Shown here one piece after another: positions 25,393 to 38,324 of a DNA stretch of 64,000 nucleotides. The position numbers and the translations under genes are program-made. Each line of letters starts with the position of its first letter. Positions within the stretch are counted from its first letter, which is position 1. Origin of the DNA: Vicugna vicugna (lineage: Eukaryota). Below the pieces are notes generated by a model. The model ran no database searches and was not told where the DNA came from. It worked only from the letters and a program-made list of their open reading frames with translations. The stretch spans positions 862,545 to 926,544 of the forward strand of contig MU057416.1 of the NCBI GenBank assembly GCA_013265495.1, given 5' to 3'.

Positions 25393-25742
25393 TGTGTGTT
25401 TGCTAGGGTTACCCTAGGAAGGTACCACAGGCTGGGGACAGACTTTGCACAGTTCTGGAGGCTCAGGACTGAGGTCGAGGTGTCAGCAGGAGGCCTTGCT
25501 CCTTGGCCCGTAGATGGCCGTCTCTCTGTGTCTTCACACCTTCTTCCTTGTGTGCAAATGTCTGTGCCCTCACCTCCTCCTGGCACAAGGACACAGGTCG
25601 TTTTGGGTTAGGACCCAACCTGATGACCTCACTTTAACTTAACCTCGCTAAAGCCCTGTCTCCAAACACACTCACATCCGAGGTCCTGAGAGCTGGGGAC
25701 TCCACACAGGGGTGTCGCGGGGACACGGCCCAGCAAGCACCA
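25393..25742 (-). mobile_element. MaLR LTR (MLT1B/C-like)
   Basis: gtttgctaggg..taccacaggctggg..cacagttctggaggc..aaggacac..ttaggacccaacc..ccctgtctccaaacac. Confidence 0.85.
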
Positions 25743-26099
25743 GTCTCTGTCCTGCATCCTCCTGGTATCAACTGACTTACGGCCTGCAGCCACAGCCCCA
25801 CTCCCGCCTCTGACCGCGTGGGAAACGACAAGGCCAGCTGCATGAAGAGAGTCTAGAACCGTGACTGCACTACGGAGACACTCGGGACGCTGAGAACCAC
25901 CACCCTGGTCCCAGACCTCACGCCTAGAGGCCGGGTCTCACCAGCTGGGCGCAGCCTGGGCATGGGGCCATTAAAAGCTCCCCCAGAAGGTGCAAACAGG
26001 TAGCTGGGGACGAGAACCAGGGGAGGAACTCTTCGCACCAAGAGGGGCAGGGGTTTTAGATAAAACTGAGAGGACTCTGGGTTCGGATGAGAAAGCACT

Positions 26100-26300
26100 C
26101 AGAACGCTCAGCACGCAGCGCATCGCAGGGCCGCGGGGGCCAGCGGGCCTCTCGCCAGCAGCAACCGAGTCAGCAGGAAAGCCCGCCGCCGGGGGCCCCG
26201 GCGCAGCCACGCTCCCCGGGCACTTCTCCCCGAGGGACCGGAAGTGGGCGGGGGAGGGGGCCCAAGTCCACTTTCACCCCCCCCCCCGCTGTGGGAAACC
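26100..26300. promoter_or_regulatory. Small CpG-rich promoter/enhancer
   Basis: ETS ACCGGAAGTG 26237-26246 overlapping GC box GGGCGGGG 26246-26253; TGTGGGAA 26290-26297. Confidence 0.6.
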
Positions 26301-27057
26301 TGAATGCCAAACCCAAAATAAAGTATTTTGCGCAGGTCCTTTTTCTTCCCGTTTTCCCATTCCTCAAAGCACTATTTTTCATCGATGTCACAAAGTCAGT
26401 TTAATAAAGAATTGTTGAAACTCTGATGCCACTGAGCGAACACAAGGTTCTAACTGGTTTGCCGACCCTGAGTTCTCGTTTTACTTTCAACTTAGCTGGT
26501 CCATAGGCAGGGCTGGCTTCTCCCGAAACACCAGCAGAGCCTGTGACCCACAGGCTGATGCCACATCTGAGTCCAGAAAAACAAAATACATAATTTAAGG
26601 CAAAAATTCAGATTTATAAAATTGTCAGCACCTGCAAAGATTAAAATTCCTGGCTTCTACAGTACCCGACTTTGAAGTAGCTGCAGGCAGCTTAGACCTC
26701 TCCATTATTTCCCAGAAACCTGGAAGTCAGCACAGAAGGTGGGAGACGTGGAAGAGACGTAGAAAAGAAACCATTTTACTTAAGCTCAGCGGAGGTGACT
26801 TACACCTTCACAAACACAAAGAGGCATTCTAAAGTTCTGAAAAGGACATTTTTAAACAGCGTTTCTAAAAGAGCTTTAAACTTTATCACTGTTATAATTA
26901 CAAAGGCTTCAGCGTCATGTTTAATTTGCACATGATTCAAGTTTTACCTTCAGGAGAACACTCCTGTCTCCTGAAATCCGTGTGCTTCTTCCTGTGTGAC
27001 ATGCGAATTGTGATTCTCAAACGTCAGTTTCTCCACTGGGAGTTTCCATCCTCTGTT

Positions 27058-27085
27058 ACACACACACACACACACACACACACAC
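27058..27085. repeat. (AC)14 microsatellite
   Basis: Direct reading. Confidence 0.97.
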
Positions 27086-27759
27086 CGACACACATCGTTT
27101 GCTGGAACGAGGCTGCCTTTTGCACACCAGGGGGAGATATGGTTGCTACCCGACAAGGCAACAGAAGTAATGCTCCACTTACTTACACACTAGCTCTCCT
27201 CAAGGTCCATGTGCAATGCGGTTGTAACTTGAAAAACATTTTGCTCTGGAAATAACATAATAGTGGTCATCATTTGAGGCCTGTCAACCACAACAAGAAG
27301 TCATTGAGACCTGTGCTTTATTTATAGGCACTCGCCCCTAGCGTGGACTTGGCTGGTCCTCAGTGATGTCAAGGGCTATGTGAGGAAAAGGAAGGAGGAG
27401 CTGGCCTCGTCCTCTCCAAGTTCCAAAGTCCCCCCACCCCCACCCCCGTCAAAATGCACTGCGCCTCAGTGAGCGCTTCGCCTAGAAAGCACAGGTTGCC
27501 AGCGCTCGCCCTCACAGCAGCGCTGTGAGGGTTTGTTTCCGTTTCACACTGCGGATCAGAAACCCCGAGCAGCTGGCCTGGGACAGGACCGGCAGGACCA
27601 GCAGTGCAGGGACCCACGTTCACGCAGGTCTGCGTCCCAGCCAACCGGAGGGACCGACTGGGACTTCTGCGCACTCGCGTGTGAATGCAGCTCTTCCCTC
27701 GCCCCGCCTCCGAGCTTCCTGACTCCCACACCCAAAGGCCTCCCTCTGGTCCTTATCTG

Positions 27760-28200
27760 AGGCTCTTGTTAACTGTACAATCCGTCCTTCTTGGCTCGGT
27801 GATAACTAGGCTTGCTGCATCCCTCCCAATTTTCCCCATCTTTCTCCTGAGTCTGCTGACCCCTCTACTGTCAGGACGGAAGTCATCAAGTTTTGATTTT
27901 CCCTAAAGTTAAACTAACCATATTCTCTTCTCACTCGACCTCCTCCCCGTGGAGAGTCTTAACCACTCTCCCATCTCAGTTACCATCCAGGGCTGATTAC
28001 TGTGCATCTTCCCTCTCACCTAGATTTATCAGTTTTAGAACTTTCCTCCAAACAACCTCCTGGAAGTGTCCGCCTGGGTAGCTCACAATCACCTCAGACA
28101 CATTTCTGAAACTGGCTTTACCAGCCCCGTGCACTGCATACATCTGTGCTTCCTGAGCAACAATTTCAATTATGATCGTCTATCCAGTCTTCTAAGAAAC
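27760..28200 (+). mobile_element. Degenerate L2
   Basis: Pyrimidine-rich; acaacctcctggaagtgtcc..cacctcagacac..ctgaaactgg. Confidence 0.5.
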
Positions 28201-28214
28201 TAATTAGATTAATT

Positions 28215-28445
28215 CTTTTTTTTCAACTGAAGTGCACTCAGTTACAATGTGTGCAGCACAGCGTCCCAGTCAGGCACAAACATGCCTATATTAGTTTTCA
28301 TGTTCTTTTTCATTAAAGGCTGTTACAAGGTATTGAATATAGTTCTCTGTGCTCGACAGAAGAAACTCTTTTATCTATTTTTATATAGTAGTTAATATTT
28401 GCAAATCTTGATCTCCCAGACTTACCCCTTCCCACGTCCCATCAC
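28215..28445 (-). mobile_element. L1 3' tail fragment
   Basis: ttttcaactgaagtgcactcagttacaatgtgt..tacaaggtattgaatatagttc. Confidence 0.88.
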
Positions 28446-29186
28446 CCAGGCATCCGCCCTCCCAATCCTGCTTCCTAAACGAGCATCCCCTAAACGCACC
28501 TTCTTGTTTTTTCCCACTGACTCCATGATGTATCACTGAGGTTATCTAAATACTTTTTAAAGTGTTGTTCCTGCTTCTGACCTCACTTCACTCCAATCAA
28601 GCTATTTTAATGCTATGGCATTTATTTAAGTATTAAAGATTTTATCCAACAAATATTTGCCGGGTCCTAAGGTGTAATGTAAAGGCGGGCACAGCCCCAT
28701 CTCTCAAAAAGCTCATACGTTCTACTGGGGAAAAAATAACAAAATAAGAGAATATCTTTTCAGAAGCAGCAAAATAGAAGTAAGCATAGGTTTCAAGAGG
28801 CTCAGAGAGAGAAGGCATTTGACCAACACAGGAAGCAGGCTTTCCTTCTTACGTTCCCCACTCGGCACACGTGTCTGTTTCGGTTGGTTCAGCAAGGTCA
28901 CTGTCAGAAGAGCTTGGAGCTGCAGCCAAAAATCAGAAGTGCAAAGAACCAGACAATAAACAGACCAGGAGAATCCAATCGAGTGGTGACAGACACTGCG
29001 CACGGGCAGCAGAGCTCGTCCACGCAGGTGATTGCAGTTGTAACAGGTTAGGAAATGCTGAGTGAGAGGACAGCGCCCGGGGCAGGCAGGCTGCAGGAGG
29101 AGTCTCACTCCGGAGGCTAGAAGGACTCGGAGTTTTCTTTTGTTGTGGTGACCGCAAGCTTGTTCCTTGTGTCTGTTTGCGCTCAG

Positions 29187-29318
29187 GACAAGCCTTACTC
29201 CCAAACTCGAATCCCAGAGCGAGAGAGCCAGCCTGCCCAAGGTGACAGCCATGTGACGGCTACGAAATGCCGGCCAAGCAACCCCAGCCCACCTGTGATG
29301 TCCTGTCTCTTTTAGCAG
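29187..29318 (+). other. Candidate exon (132 nt) with consensus donor
   Basis: Acceptor cttgttccttgtgtctgtttgcgctcag; donor CAG|gtaagt; stops in all three frames, but an ATG opens MPAKQPQPTCDVLSLLA into the donor. Confidence 0.3.
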
Positions 29319-29410
29319 GTAAGTGTCTGGGAAGACGTGGAAACAAACACAACATTGACGTCCAGGTTTAATTGATTACATTTTCAAGAGTTATTTAAGG
29401 TGCTTGAGAA

Positions 29411-29516
29411 GAATATGAAAACGAATACATGTATGTGTATGCATGACTGGGACACTGTGCTGCACACCAGAAATTGACACACTGTAACTGACTCTACTTC
29501 AATAAAAAAAAATTAA
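29411..29516 (+). mobile_element. ~105-bp L1 3' tail insertion
   Basis: gaatatgaaaacgaata..caccagaaattgacacactgtaactgac..ttcaataaaaaaa; TSD gtgcttgagaa 29400-29410 / 29517-29527. Confidence 0.92.
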
Positions 29517-29869
29517 GTGCTTGAGAATTTTTATTACTAGAATTATATAGTTTCCTAATTATATATTTGAAGTGCTTAAAAAGAAAATATATTAACTTTA
29601 AAATTATTTTTAAATACTTAAGGGAATTCCGTTAGCTAAAGTCCTAAAAGAGATCAAAATTTTAAGGGGAGTTAATCTGTTTAACTAAGATAATCAGATA
29701 GAGACAAAGAAACAGTGAAGAAAATAAAACAGAGGCTCAAGCTTTGTAAGTTAAAATTAAATTTCAAGAAAAGTCATTTTAACTTCAATACAAATTTAAC
29801 ATAATTTCAGTAATATTCCTTAAATATTTCTCTCTGCACACAAAAGCTAACCTCTGGCACAATAAAACT

Positions 29870-29997
29870 TACTTTGATAATTATATTATGAAAATTTATT
29901 ATATGTCTGTCTCCCCAATAGACTGTAGGCTCCTTGGAGACCAGAACTGAAACTAGAAAACTCCACATCGCCTGGTGTAACTGACACTCGTAAATGG
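29870..29997 (+). mobile_element. L2 3' end
   Basis: tgtctgtctccccaatagactgtaggctccttggagaccag. Confidence 0.75.
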
Positions 29998-30899
29998 TCA
30001 CAAAAGGACTGCTCCCTGGTCCCGCGCCAGTCCGCTCAGCCCCGTGCTTTGTCACGTGGGCCTCCTGCTGACCCTCACACACTCTGCGGTCTCCTCGTTC
30101 TTCCTGCTCATGCTGCTGAGCTCACCTGGACAGTCACTTCCGCCGACCCCCCACCTCTGAGCCTCACCTCTGCTGCTGTCCACCCTTCAGTGTGAACGCA
30201 ACACGCCGCAGAGTCACACAACCAACCACAGCGACACTACGGGTATAGTGCGCGTGTTAACGCTCAGGACACAAGTGACGAAAGAAAACTATTCCCTAAG
30301 TGTTTAAATCTTAACTCCAGCAAAACACTCTCGTTCGCTTCTACAAATACAATCAAATATGTATCTTCTAGAAAACACGATGAGCTGTGACTAGTTGGCC
30401 ACACGTTTCAGGAGGAAAACACGTTCGCGACACCACAATCCTGCCGAAACGGCACATGGTTAAGAAGCATCAAGGTACAGCTCTCTCTACAAGGTTTACA
30501 TCATATTAACCCATCCTACCTTTATTCTTTTATCTTTAAAGGGTGACTATTTTAAAGGTTTTCTAATATACTAAATTTTAAAATCTTGAAATTGTAAAAA
30601 TACAAGAAATGTATGAAAAGGAAGTCCTGCGTTCACTGTACGTCATCATGAAATACGTCTCTGTCATTTTCTTTAAGAAGTGTTTTAAGTCCCATTTTTG
30701 TCACTTCCTGGGATTATGCACATACATGCCAAGTGTTTAGCTATTTGGAAATCTGAAAAACTTCTGCCCCCAGTGCTTGCTTACTTCTGCATCAGCTAAA
30801 GCCAGCCACCCAAGGCTGTACTAGGCAATGTCCAAAGGGAGGCAGACTGCTACTCAAATTCCTAGTGACACGGAAAAGTCTTCATTAGAAGCACTGGCT

Positions 30900-31850
30900 G
30901 GGAGTTTCTGCTTCCAGCCATGATGGAGCGAGCGGAGCACACCAGCCTTCTGCCGTGAACGGCCAGCACCTGGAGCCACGCTGTGCAGATGCTGGACCAG
31001 CAGCCCCAGACTGTGATCTTGGAAAGAAGGAAAACACACACACAAGATAAAGCCCACTTTTTTTTTTTTTTGCCTAAAGAAACTTTCCAGACTGTGGCAC
31101 AGAGAGGTGGAGACCAACCAGAACACGGGGGTCTTGCTAAACTAAGGTGGGAACCAGAGTAAGGGCTGGGGCAGCAGGCGGAATTTGCAGAGCACAGAAC
31201 CAGAGGGGAAGGATCTGTGCAAAGAAGGAATTTCAGAAACCTGCAAGGTCAGGGAGGCCAAACACTAGGGGAGCAGGGATCTGAATGGTATTTCTGAAGA
31301 TTGCACAGTTGGGAGACACAGGATTTCTGACCAGCCAGACTGCCAAGAACTGACCCCAGGCATTCAAATAAAACTCCCACACCCCAGACATTAGGAGTAG
31401 GGCTATTCTGGCCCCAGGGTAGAGACTACTCTGGATTCACTTTAACAACTGTTAAAAACAAGTCTCAAAAGGACGGTGTCAACCCACCAGTAAGTTAACC
31501 ACCTGCCGGAGCAGAACGCAACACTGCTTAAGGGTAAACCCTCCGCAACGTAGGAACCATGCTCTCCAGCACCACTGAAAAATAACTGGACACCTAAAGA
31601 AGAAGAAAACAGTAACCAGCACCAGAAAAGGAAAAAAAAAAAAACATCCAGCGGAAGCTGACCCACAGGTGGCAGGGCTGTTAGAACCGGCGGAAGGAAA
31701 TTTGTTTAAGTTACTGTGAATTTATTTAAATACTTCAGGGAAAATACAAACACACTGAGTGAAGTCAAGCAGTTTCTCAGCAGAGAAATGGACTTTTTCT
31801 AGGATACAAATTAAAATCCCCCCATCTGAAAAAAACAACTGATAGGAAAA
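30900..31850 (+). mobile_element. Ancient L1M 5'UTR/ORF1-start fragment
   Basis: ttctgcttccagccatgatggag start; A-rich ORF1-like stretch with tttctcagcagagaaatgga. Confidence 0.55.
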
Positions 31851-32099
31851 AATGGCGAAGTCGAAACACAGAAGAATTAGCCAGAAACACTGAAGTTGTT
31901 ACTTACAAGGTCCAGCGGGTGGCGGGGAAGAGCTGGGAACACAGGAAGAGCCGGTGCTTCCGGATGCATGTGGACATGTGGTGCTGAGCAAGGTTCTACG
32001 CATTCGAAGCAAGCATCGAAAGGGAGAAATCTAAAACTAAACTGAAACAGAAACAACTAGATTCAACTAAACTGCATGTATTTCATATGCGATACGGAT

Positions 32100-32390
32100 A
32101 ACATAATCACACTTAAGAAAATAATCCTTATGAGTGCATTTATATTAAATTCTAGAACAGGTAATGATAATGAAGGAGATCAGAAGAGCGGTTGCTTGGA
32201 GGAGCAGGGTGGGAGGCGGGCGTCAGGGTACGGAGGCTGCCTGGGAAGAGGTTCGAGGAAACTTTCTGGGGAGATGAAAGTACTCTGAGCCTTGATCCAG
32301 GATGTGGATTACACAGTCGCCCACACTGCTTAAAACTCATTCAACTGAAACACTGCATTTCAACTGTGTGTAAACTATACCTCCATTTTT
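32100..32390 (+). mobile_element. Old L1MB/ME 3'UTR
   Basis: catttatattaaattctagaacagg..gatcagaagagcggttgc..aaaactcattcaactg..gtaaactatacctc. Confidence 0.8.
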
Positions 32391-32749
32391 AGAAACAGGA
32401 GGACGAATAATGGCCTGGATTTATAATTGCAATATAAATCATCAGCCTGGCCACAGCGTCACCAAGGCGGCTTTTCTCAGGATCAATGCATGAATGAATA
32501 TAAAAGACACAGCTAGCAAACTTGCAGCCCCTTCCTTCCCAGCCAGTGGGAAACAGCTTGTAAAAATTCTTTCAACTTTCGCCACTTCTTTACCCCTGCT
32601 AAGAATTTCGACCGTGGGCAGCTCCACCTGGCCATTCTAGAGAAAATGATGCTCCCGAGGGTCAGGAATGAGGTCTATCCGACCCGCTGATAGTCATAAA
32701 GAGAAACAGGAGTTATCTGCCCTGAGTTTTCAGCAACATTTTCTTTTCT

Positions 32750-32855
32750 TTTTTTTTTCTTTTTTTTTTACATTTTTTATTGATTCATAATCATTTTACA
32801 GTGTTGTGTCAAATTCCAGTGTTCAGCACAATTTTTCAGTCATTCATGGACATAT
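32750..32855 (-). mobile_element. Young ~105-bp L1 3' tail insertion
   Basis: Long T-run, ttattgattcataatcattttacagtgttgtgtcaaattccag; TSD aacattttcttttct 32735-32749 / aacattttattttct 32856-32870. Confidence 0.9.
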
Positions 32856-33125
32856 AACATTTTATTTTCTTATTATGAATACTATTCTATGGTGTCTGCC
32901 TGTCCCACACAACGCAATTTTCACAGCTGGGCAGCTCTCACTGACAAAATGTCCTTTAAAACAATGCTCTCTCTCTGCTGGAAATGTCACACAGCCTAGG
33001 AGAGGAGAGGGGGTGAGGAGGGAAATAATTTCTTTCAAAAAAATTTCTTCAATCTACCAGATTATACATCAAAAAAACTTCTTTTGAATCTTTTATTATT
33101 TACAGTTAAAGACTACTTTGACCAG

Positions 33126-33249
33126 TAATAATCTATAATGAAAAAGAATGCAAAAAGGAATATAAACGCACAACTGAAACACTATGCTGTACCTCAGAAA
33201 TTAACACAACATTGTAAATCGACTATACTTCAATAAAAGGAATTTTTAA
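33126..33249 (+). mobile_element. ~125-bp L1 3' tail insertion
   Basis: Perfect 14-bp TSD actactttgaccag 33112-33125 / 33250-33263. Confidence 0.93.
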
Positions 33250-35344
33250 ACTACTTTGACCAGGAATGGCATCCTGCAAACTGACTGCCTTGTTCAGTCT
33301 GTTGTTTCTGTATGTCCAATAACTCCTTAAATAAGGATGGTTAGGACTTTTTCCTAAAGATCAGCGTACAACTTTATAATCTGCATTATATTCCCATAAT
33401 TATCTGGATTCCGATACCTTAATGGTAATAAAACAGGCACTTTTTTACGAAACATTTTGTGCTTAAAATTTCCTATTGACATGGTCAATTCTTTTGCATA
33501 TTTTTATAGTAATAAATGAAATTTTTCTGGCAGTCAAAATAAAAACAAATAATTTAAAATTCATTCCGCTGGTCAATTCTCAGTATTTGAGTCTCAGAAC
33601 AATAGCAGGGTTTCCACACTGTGGCACAATCGCAAGTGCTGTTTCATGTCAGGATAGCAGACAAGGACTTTTTCAATGTATCTCTCAAGCCAGGAAGTGA
33701 ATATCGACAAAGAAATTGCAGGTAAAATGAGAACAACAAGACTTCCAGCTCCGTGTGGCTGTTTATGTATCTCATCAGCTTTCACTACCGTGTCACTGTA
33801 TTTCAGTCCTTTCCAACAAACTCAGTAAAACTAACTTCTGGTATGTGGTCTTTTTTCCACTCCAGGCTACTCGGCACTCTTTCAAAAGGTCCATAAAGTG
33901 CATTTTCCTCATTTGCAGAAGTTTCCCATTTCTATCATTTTACTACTGTCTAGTGTTATAACTCTGTATTTAAGACAATGGTTTCCTCAAATGTGATTTT
34001 CTTCCATATAAATAATCTTCTAAAGAGGGGAAGAAAGAAACCTCCACCGCCGGGAGCAGCACCGCTGGCTGGCCCCCACTAGATGTCAGTCCTGCAGCTA
34101 GCTTCGGCCCACACGCCCACCCCCGGCCGACGCGGACGGAAGGCCTGCCGCGCCTCTCCCGGATCAGCACGGATACACCACAGAGGCACCCAGGGCCGGA
34201 CACGATGTGACCGAAGCCCTGTGCCTAGAAAAGCCACTGCTCTGCTCTAGCAAGGACTCCAGCCGTCCATGGAATGTGGGCTTTTTCCAAGCGTCGTTGT
34301 TAGCTGAGGACAACTGGGTTGGGGGCATTTTTAATCAGTTTACAAGAAAGAGGGACTTCAATTTTAGGAAAAAAATTTAATACATAAAATAAATGAATAA
34401 GTAATGATTTTAAAAAAAGAAAGAGGGATAGGCTAATAATTGCAGAGAGAAATGTTTTGAAAGACTTATCTTGTGGAGCCAGGGAAGCAGAAAGCAGGAA
34501 GCTTCTTACATACATAACACTTAGAATATTCCTAAGAGCACCCGTCCTTCCCCCTCAGAAGTGATGGTTACAGTGGAAGTAGCACGTTCCTGGTGAAATC
34601 AGCTTAACGTGACAAAGCATCCTGGGCTGCTGCCACCAAAACCACAATTAGTTCTTTTCTCTCAGATGCCTGGAGTCCTCATCTCAGCAAAACAGTGTGA
34701 GTGAGGTTTGTAGGAAAAGTTTTTTAGGGTTCTCACAGGAAAACACCATGTACGGCTCTTACTGTTGCTGGAAAGGCAGTAAAACGCCCGTTCACCCAGC
34801 TCTCAGGTCACCCCCGCCCAGTTCAACATGGTAGTTGTCACCATGGGTCGGCTCTGCAATCTCGCCGTAAGACCAAGCATTCCACACAACCCTAAATAAA
34901 AGGGGGGCACAATTATAATCAGGCCCTTAAAGATCTTTGGGAAAGCCTTGATTTCATTGGCAGTCAAATTAAGAAACTGAATTCATTCAGGCAACCTCAC
35001 ATTTTCCTCTAGCTCTGCCATTTTGTGATTCTAAGATGAAAACACGTTCTTTTCCTTAAAATAATGGAAATGCTTCCAGATGACTAGCTGTAACATGTCA
35101 GTTGTTCTTGAAGCTAGAAAGAGGTAAATACATGTTGTCAATTGTGTCAGTCTCTGAAAACCCTGACCCCTGGCTTTTGTGATCTAAAGTTTATAATTTT
35201 CCCTCCTCACACAGCCGATGCCACTCAAGGATGTGACCCCAGATTTCTCCTTGTGTTGCCTCTACTCACACTTCTCATCCCCTAGCCCCACTCCCAAACC
35301 CCCACACCACACAGGAGCCTCTTGGAAGAAGTGTTAGTTTGACT

Positions 35345-36228
35345 TTATACAGTTCAGTATCAAAAAAACAACATCCCATTCAAAAAATGGGCAAAATACC
35401 TAAATAGACATTTCTCCAAAGAAGACACTGAGATGGTCAGCAGGCCCATGAAAAGATGCTCAGCATCACTAATTATGAGAGAAATGCAGATCAAAACTAC
35501 AATGAGGTACCCCTCACGCCAGTCAGAATGGCCATCATTCAAAAGTCTACAAATAACAAACGCTGGAGAGGGTGTGGAGAAAGGGAACCTTCCTGCACTG
35601 CTGGTGGGGAAGTAAACTGTGCAGCCACTGTGGAGAGCAGTGCGGGGGGTTCTCAAACACTAAGAACAATCGTATGACTCAGCAACTCCACTCCTAGATC
35701 TATGCCTCAGAAAGATACAACTATTAATTCAAAAAGATACACGTACCCAGTGCTCACAGCAGCACTGCGTACAATTGGCGAGGGAGGTGTCCGTCAACAG
35801 ACGGCTGGGTAAAGAAGACGTGGTGTATTCACACAATGGGATGGCACTCAGCCATAAAAAACAGTAAAATAGTCTCATCTGCAGCAAGGCAGATGGACTT
35901 GGAGGACATTATACTAAGTGAAAGAAGCCCGAGGAAGACAGCTCCTGCGTGACATCACTCACAGGCAGCATCTAAACCCACAGCAAACCAGGGAATGTAA
36001 CAAGAAAGCAGCAGACTCCCAGATCCAGAGAGCAAGCTCGCGGTCACAGCGGGGAGGGGGCGGGAGGCGCAAAGCAAGGCTGGGGAGTGGGAGGCCCAGA
36101 CCACTGGGTATCACATGGGCCCAGGGATGCCTCACACAACACAGGGAGCATGCGAAATACTCTGTAATGTCTATACATGGAGTGTAACCTTTAAAAAGTT
36201 TTATAAAAAATAAATAAAAAGGAAAAAA
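35345..36228 (+). mobile_element. 5'-truncated L1 (ORF2 C-terminus + 3'UTR)
   Basis: Remnant [21 protein letters not shown]; taaatagacatttctccaaagaagac; A-tail. Confidence 0.95.
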
Positions 36229-37849
36229 CGTTCACAGGTTTTTAAACTGTTAGTGTTATTGCCCATCCTATGTTTACTTTTTGGTTTTATCCCACAGCAC
36301 CTCTCCCTACTTTTTTTTTTAGAAGTTTAGCATACATTGTCAGAACTAGAACCGTGTTTGCTAGGCCTTGAGATATAGGAGGCTGCTTCCTGCCAAATTA
36401 TCCAAAGGGACATTGCAGAAAACATTAAAATATTTAATTCAAAAGGCAAAGGGATACGTGGACACAAGCTATTACATAATAGGATCAAATAGGTAATTGA
36501 ATAAATACCTAAGAGACTGAGCAACTTGGGTAACGCAAAGTTGTAATGACCTAAATTAACTCATGCTTTTAAGAGATGAGGCAAATGTTTGGATATCAGC
36601 TTGTTCATGTCTCTTACTAATTTGATTAACATTCCAAGGAAATATGAAATCACATGGATGATATTAGAAAATTTTGCCTGTATCATAAAATTTATCCACA
36701 AAGAAATATTTTTAGCAATATTCATTGCTGTATAAAAGCTATCTGGATAGTCATTTCACTTAAAACCTCAATTATTTTCTCAGTGCCCTGCAGGAAAAAA
36801 ATCCTGTTGAAAATTATCTTAGTAAGAAATCGTGTTACAAAGCTCACATTCTCTGCCTTATCCCAATGTCCCAATTTACCTTCTATTGTCTTAAAGTGAC
36901 CGCTTCCAGTGCCAGTCATAGCCTAGCATGAAAAACAGTGAGGCTGCTCTTAGACAAGGGAGGTTACACACTGAGCCCATCCAGACCCCAAGCAAGAGCC
37001 CACAACCTAAAGCCTGTTCCCCATCCAGAAAACTGTTCATCCACATCCCCTCCCGTTTCCTCAACGCTGTGACCTTACCCCAGCTGGCGAGCCAGCCCCA
37101 CAATCCATTTAGACTCCACAGCAGAAATAAGACGCACACACACTGTAGCTGTAATTCAATTCATCTTCTCCTTGGGCTTCCTCTGCTCTGTGCCAGGGTC
37201 ATTTGTAAGGTCATCACTCACTCCAAACTGTTGCACCTGTGCAGCTATTGAAACACCCCTTCCTCTCGCCCGCCCCTCCCGGTCTCCATCCTCCCGGGCA
37301 CAAAAGCTTTCCTCTGCAAGAACGCTTGAATTCCCCCAAGCACTGGCAAGGAAATATTTAAATGTAATCAGAGGATCTTCCTTTGTTTTTTGTTTTTTTT
37401 TTCCTGGGGAAATTAATCTCTCTAAGGTATTCGATGTATTCTTTAGCTCTTCCGCGAGGCAACAGCATCGCACGGTGCCCAAGTGCTCACAGCCTGCAAA
37501 GGATAAATATTTTCTTCCCTTTCGCTGCAGACACAGATGATACGTGCCTGGTTTCCTCAAGCATCTCTAAGTGAATGCTCTGCTTCATTTAAATTGTTTT
37601 AAACTTGGCTGTGAGCAATGTGTGTGTGTGTAGCCTACTCCTCCCCCACCTGGAGATGCGGGTGCAGAATCCCCTGCACCTGGGGCTCCCCTGGCAGCTG
37701 CCCCTCCCCACCTGCAGTTCCTTCACCTCCATCAAGCTTGAGAAACTTCTCAGCTCACTCCTCCCCAGTCCCTGCGAATCTTGAGGTCTGTCCCATTTCA
37801 TGGAGTTCCTAGTAGAAAAGCTGGACTCTCTTATGTATCTTGGTAAGAT

Positions 37850-38025
37850 TGGACGTCAAACTGGCCTTAAATCTCTGCTCTACTACTTTGGAGCTGTGTG
37901 AGCTTAGACAAATGACTTGACATCTCTGAATTTCAGTTTCATTATTAAAGTGGGATGATACCAACCACACAGGGTTGCTGTGAACATTTAATGGGCTAAC
38001 GTGTGTAAGGCTGTCTAGCACAATA
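37850..38025 (+). mobile_element. MIR
   Basis: gctgtgtgagcttagacaaatgacttgacatctctgaatttcagtttc..cagggttgctgtgaacatttaatg. Confidence 0.8.
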
Positions 38026-38089
38026 GCCGCCCTTCCTCTGCACTGAAAGGTTGGGGTGTCCCTCCTTCCCGTATTGTGACTTAACTTCT

Positions 38090-38324
38090 GGGGAGGGATA
38101 AATTAGAGGTTACGGATGAAAAGATACACACTACTATATCTAAACTAGGTGAACAACAAGGACCTATAGCACAGGGAACTATATTCAATATCTTGTAATA
38201 ACATATAACGGAAAAGAATCTGAAAAGAAGCTATGTATACACGTTATGTGTACATGTAACTGAACCACTTTGCTGTCCACCTGAAACTAACACTGTAAAT
38301 CAACTACACTCAAACAAAAAAAAA
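38090..38324 (+). mobile_element. L1 3' tail fragment
   Basis: ggggagggataaattagag..gcacagggaactatattcaatatc..ctgtaaatcaactac + A-tail. Confidence 0.92.

Noticed and set aside
26790..27255. Three further short minus-strand exon-like segments
   Set aside because: Weak donors, no recognisable peptide; compatible with chance
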